Assembly: GCA_027490985.1 (NCBI GenBank)
Contig: JAIXXC010000180.1
Coordinates: 11,174 to 75,173, forward strand
Origin: Verrucomicrobiales bacterium
Lineage (GTDB): Bacteria; Verrucomicrobiota; Verrucomicrobiia; Limisphaerales; UBA9464
Direction: 5' to 3'
DNA: 64,000 bases
A model generated the notes under the pieces. It worked only from the letters and a program-made list of their open reading frames with translations, was not told the DNA's origin and did not search any database. The number at the start of each line of letters is the position of its first letter. The first letter of the stretch is position 1. A program made the translations under genes and the position numbers. Shown piece after piece: positions 60,751 to 64,000 of the stretch.

Positions 60751-62034
60751 ATGGGGCATTTCCCCGACGACACCGTCGGCAAGCCGGCGCTAAGCTCGCT
60801 CATGCGTTTGTTCCAGTGCGTCCGCTGGGTGGCTGCGTTGGGCTGGCTTGTCGCCGCAGGATCCGTGTTCGGTGGTGGCGGCGGCGGGGTGCCGGCGCTG
60901 GTTTCCGAGGCGCTCTTTCCACCGGAGGCCCGCCACAACCACGCCTCGTGCATCGTGGAGGCGGCCGACGGGACGTTGTTCGTCGCCTGGTTCAACGGGT
61001 CGGGCGAGCGTCAGGCCGACGATGTGAAATTGCAGGCTTCGCGGCGCAGGTCGGGAGCGCGGGCTTGGGAACCTCGATTCACCCTCTGGGACACCCCCGG
61101 ATTCCCCGATTGCAACCCGTCGCTCCATGTCGATGGCCAGGGCCGATTGTGGCTCTTTCATGCGGTCGTTCTGGCCAATACCTGGGAGTCGACGCTGTTG
61201 CAGGCCCGCGTCAGTGGCCGTTGGCGGCTGCGGGGGGCGGTGCGTTGGGACGGCATGCAGTCGGTGTTGCTGGCTCCGGGTGAGGAGTTTCTCCAAATCC
61301 TGGAAGGCCACTTGCCCCGATTGCAGGCGGAAGCGGCCCGGCCGGACCTGAGTCTCAAAGAACGTCAGGAAGTCACCGAATTCATCGAGGGCATCCATCT
61401 GGGCGCCACCAACCGGTTGTACCGGCGTCTGGGCTGGATGCCCCGGGCCCATCTCACCACCGTGGGCGGGCGCTGGATGCTGCCGCTATACCACGATGGG
61501 TATTCGGTTTCGATGGTGGCCTTGTCGGACGATCAAGGGCGGACGTGGCGACCGTCGTCGCCCCTCGTGGGTCTGGGGAATGTGCAGCCCAGTCTGACGG
61601 TCCGGCGCGACGGCACCGTGGTGGCTTGGATGCGCGACAATGGTCCGCCGCCCCACCGGTTGTTGCGGGCCGAATCCTACGACCGGGGCGAAACTTGGAC
61701 ACCGGCCGTCGACTCCGGCATTCCCAATCCCGGTTCCGGAGCCGAAGTGCGGGTTCTCCGGTCCGGAGAATGGATCTTTATCGGAAACGATTGTGAATCC
61801 GGGCGTCACTCCTTGGCGGTCTGGATCAGCGAAGACGAGGGGGAAACTTGGCCGATCCGCCGACAACTGGCGGGCGCAGCCCCGGGTCAGGGGTCGTTCT
61901 CGTATCCTTCCCTCCTTGAATCACGGGACGGAGGCCTCCACGCCACTTGGAGCGAGGCGCTCGGGGGGCGCGAAACCATCCGCCATGCCCGTTTCAACCG
62001 CGCCTGGGTCCGCGCGTCGGTCCCGGCCCCCTGA
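60751..62034 (+). CDS. BNR/Asp-box beta-propeller protein (sialidase-like)
   Basis: Three Asp-boxes: 'SDDQGRTW', 'SYDRGETW', 'SEDEGETW'. A signal-like segment 'MRLFQCVRWVAALGWLVAAGSVFG' starts at ATG 60802, which is an alternative start to ATG 60751. Confidence 0.85.
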   Translation: MGHFPDDTVGKPALSSLMRLFQCVRWVAALGWLVAAGSVFGGGGGGVPALVSEALFPPEARHNHASCIVEAADGTLFVAWFNGSGERQADDVKLQASRRRSGARAWEPRFTLWDTPGFPDCNPSLHVDGQGRLWLFHAVVLANTWESTLLQARVSGRWRLRGAVRWDGMQSVLLAPGEEFLQILEGHLPRLQAEAARPDLSLKERQEVTEFIEGIHLGATNRLYRRLGWMPRAHLTTVGGRWMLPLYHDGYSVSMVALSDDQGRTWRPSSPLVGLGNVQPSLTVRRDGTVVAWMRDNGPPPHRLLRAESYDRGETWTPAVDSGIPNPGSGAEVRVLRSGEWIFIGNDCESGRHSLAVWISEDEGETWPIRRQLAGAAPGQGSFSYPSLLESRDGGLHATWSEALGGRETIRHARFNRAWVRASVPAP

Positions 62035-62156
62035 TCCCTCGGGTGGTTCCGGGTTTCGCTGTCGCCAGAGGCCGCGGGGGAGGGAACTTTCCGATACGGC
62101 TTCCGCGGGTTCGCTCTTGTCTTTACGGCTTCGATCTCAATGATCTGGGCCACCTT

Positions 62157-62882
62157 ATGAGCCTGCAGATTCAGCCCAAGCCCGAAGAACAACAGCCTTC
62201 GGCGGACCTGACCTTGTCCGTCCTGACCTGGTTGGAGGAGAACAAGAAGATGCTGGCCATCGGGGTGGCCGTGGTTTCCGCCGCGGCGGTCACGTTGATC
62301 GTGCAGAAGAACCTCCACGCCTCCGCCGAGGCCGAGGCCAATCAGGCCTTGCTGGCCACGCTCAGCGGGTCGGCCAAGACAGGCGGGCCCTCGGCGGCCG
62401 ATCTGGCGAAGGTCGCCTCGCAACATTCGGGCACGGCAGCGGCCGAGCGATCGGAGTTCCTGGCCGCCACCAAGTTGTTCGAAGACGGCAAGTATGCCGA
62501 GGCCCAGAAGGCTCTCGAGGCCTTCAATCAGGCCCATGCCGACAGCCTGTTGGGTGCCGCAGCGACCTACGGCGTGGCCAGTGCTCTCGACGCCCAGAAC
62601 AAGACGGCCGAGGCCATCGCCGCCTACGGTCGGTTCATCTCCGGTTTCGCCGCCGACCCGCTGGTGGCCCAGGCCCGCCTGTCCAAGGCGCTGATCCACG
62701 AATCCCAGAAGCAGTATTCCGAAGCCCTGGGTCTGTACGATGAGGTGTCGAAAGACCCCACCAGCATGGCCGCCCAAGAGGCCTCCGCGCGCAAGGCGGC
62801 CCTGATCCAGTCCCATCCGGAACTGACCCCGGCGACCACCAACGCGCCGGCCGCCAAAGCGGCGATCAAGCCGGTTCCGTGA
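62157..62882 (+). CDS. Membrane-anchored TPR-like protein (YfgM-like)
   Basis: ATG 62157. One TM helix 'MLAIGVAVVSAAAVTLIV', then A/E/K-rich helical repeats ('LFEDGKYAEAQKALEAF', 'QKQYSEALGLYDEV'). 241 aa. Confidence 0.6.
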   Translation: MSLQIQPKPEEQQPSADLTLSVLTWLEENKKMLAIGVAVVSAAAVTLIVQKNLHASAEAEANQALLATLSGSAKTGGPSAADLAKVASQHSGTAAAERSEFLAATKLFEDGKYAEAQKALEAFNQAHADSLLGAAATYGVASALDAQNKTAEAIAAYGRFISGFAADPLVAQARLSKALIHESQKQYSEALGLYDEVSKDPTSMAAQEASARKAALIQSHPELTPATTNAPAAKAAIKPVP

Positions 62883-62934
62883 GGTGTCACCGGATCGTTT
62901 CATCCATTTCTACCCCGAGTCCGGTCTCAACTGA

Positions 62935-64000
62935 ATGAATCTTTCGATCATCGGCACCGGCTATGTCGGACTGGTCACGGGTGCCTGTTTCGCCGACGTC
63001 GGTCACCGGGTCATCTGCGTCGATTCCGACCGGGAGAAGGTCCGCCGACTGCAGGGTGGTGAAATCCCCATCTTCGAACCGGGGCTCGAAGCCCTGGTCC
63101 ACCGCACGGTGGCGGCCGGCCGGCTGAGCTTCACGTCGTCCACGGCCGAAGGCGTGGCGGGGTCGGAAGCGGTGTTCATCGCCGTTCCCACGCCGCCCCA
63201 ACCCGATGGCTCGGTGGACTTGAGTTTCATCGAGGGCGTGGCCCGTGAGATCGCCGGCTGCCTCTCGGGCTACCGCGTGATCGTCGACAAGAGCACCGTT
63301 CCGGTGAAGACGGCCGAGAAGGTGGCCGAGACCATCAAGCGGTACCGCAAGACCGACGCCGACTTCGACGTGGTGAGCAACCCCGAGTTCCTGCGCGAGG
63401 GGTTCGCCATCGACGACCTGATGAAACCCGACCGCGTGGTCATCGGCACCTCGAGCGAACGGGCGGCGGCCAAGATGCGGGAGATCTACGAGCCGTTCCG
63501 GGCTCCCCTGATCGTCACCGACCCCAACTCGGCCGAATTGATCAAGCACGCGGCCAACTCGTTCCTCGCGCTGAAGATCAGCTACGCCAACGCCTTGTCG
63601 GTGATTTGCGAGGCCAGTGGCGCCAATGTGCAGGAGGTGACCCGGGGCATGGGGCTCGATGCCCGCATCGGCACCCGGTTCCTGCAGGCCGGCATCGGAT
63701 TCGGAGGCTCGTGCTTCCCGAAAGACCTCAGCGCCTTCATCAAGATCAGCGAGCAGTTGGGCTACGAGTTCCGCCTGCTCAAGGAAGTGCAGCGGATCAA
63801 TGCCACCCAGATGGACCGGTTCCATCAAAAGATCACGGACACGCTCTGGGTGCTCAAAGACAAGCATATCGGAGTGCTCGGGTTGACCTTCAAGCAGAAC
63901 ACCGACGACGTGCGCAACTCGCCGTCCATCGACCTCTGCCATCGGCTGCTGGCCGATGGGGCTCGGCTTCGGGTCCACGATCCCAAGGGCATGGAGAAGG
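62935..64000 (+). CDS. ugd: UDP-glucose 6-dehydrogenase (3'-truncated by the window end)
   Basis: Absent from the ORF track because no stop lies in the window. ATG 62935: 'MNLSIIGTGYVGLVTGACFADVGH', 'NPEFLREG', catalytic Cys in 'GIGFGGSCFPKD'. The track ORF 62887..63978(-) is its antisense shadow. Confidence 0.93.
   Translation, partial: MNLSIIGTGYVGLVTGACFADVGHRVICVDSDREKVRRLQGGEIPIFEPGLEALVHRTVAAGRLSFTSSTAEGVAGSEAVFIAVPTPPQPDGSVDLSFIEGVAREIAGCLSGYRVIVDKSTVPVKTAEKVAETIKRYRKTDADFDVVSNPEFLREGFAIDDLMKPDRVVIGTSSERAAAKMREIYEPFRAPLIVTDPNSAELIKHAANSFLALKISYANALSVICEASGANVQEVTRGMGLDARIGTRFLQAGIGFGGSCFPKDLSAFIKISEQLGYEFRLLKEVQRINATQMDRFHQKITDTLWVLKDKHIGVLGLTFKQNTDDVRNSPSIDLCHRLLADGARLRVHDPKGMEK

Noticed and set aside
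62887-63978. 363-aa - strand ORF at the window end
   Set aside because: It is the antisense shadow of the ugd gene. ugd is absent from the track only because its stop lies beyond the window.

Overview
This is a 64 kb, gene-dense, high-GC window (about 63-65% GC by eye). I call about 41 protein-coding genes, 34 of them on the + strand, including 19 consecutive + strand genes from 28926 to the window end. The gene content points to a PVC-superphylum bacterium (Verrucomicrobiota/Planctomycetota-like). The indicators are PSCyt1, PSCyt2/DUF1549, PSD1/DUF1553 and DUF1501 proteins, a PVC-type CxxCH heme-binding protein, a PEP-CTERM protein, a Cys-type sulfatase and a giant lamin-tail-domain/CotH protein. 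Housekeeping genes (aceE, serS, argG, mobA, fabG-acpP-fabF, mutM, maf, rluD, ftsK, glgC, rpsP-KH-trmD-rplS, ugd) are interleaved with accessory clusters that encode exported proteins. I found no rRNA, tRNA, CRISPR array, transposase or integrase, prophage gene, or recognisable defence or toxin-antitoxin gene. The best candidates for undescribed biology are: (1) a tightly coupled five-gene operon at 36222-46941, with two TAT-signal DUF1501 paralogs, a Big_2-PSCyt2-PSD1 protein, a secreted multi-beta-sandwich protein and a PSCyt1-WD40-coiled-coil-WD40 protein; (2) an intact 3230-aa secreted protein at 50539-60231 with PA14, eight lamin-tail domains, CotH and four cadherin-like repeats, plus its closely spaced downstream genes; (3) a sulfatase-CBM-SGNH esterase fusion; (4) a DsbD / heme-protein / hydrolase / cytochrome c-PQQ dehydrogenase run. 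Smaller oddities are an unknown ORF wedged between fabG and acpP, loss of rimM from the rpsP-trmD-rplS cluster (replaced by a 619-bp spacer), and short tandem repeats in three intergenic regions. All family names come from motif recognition by eye; no search was run. Most long ORFs in the supplied track are antisense or off-frame artefacts of the high GC content.
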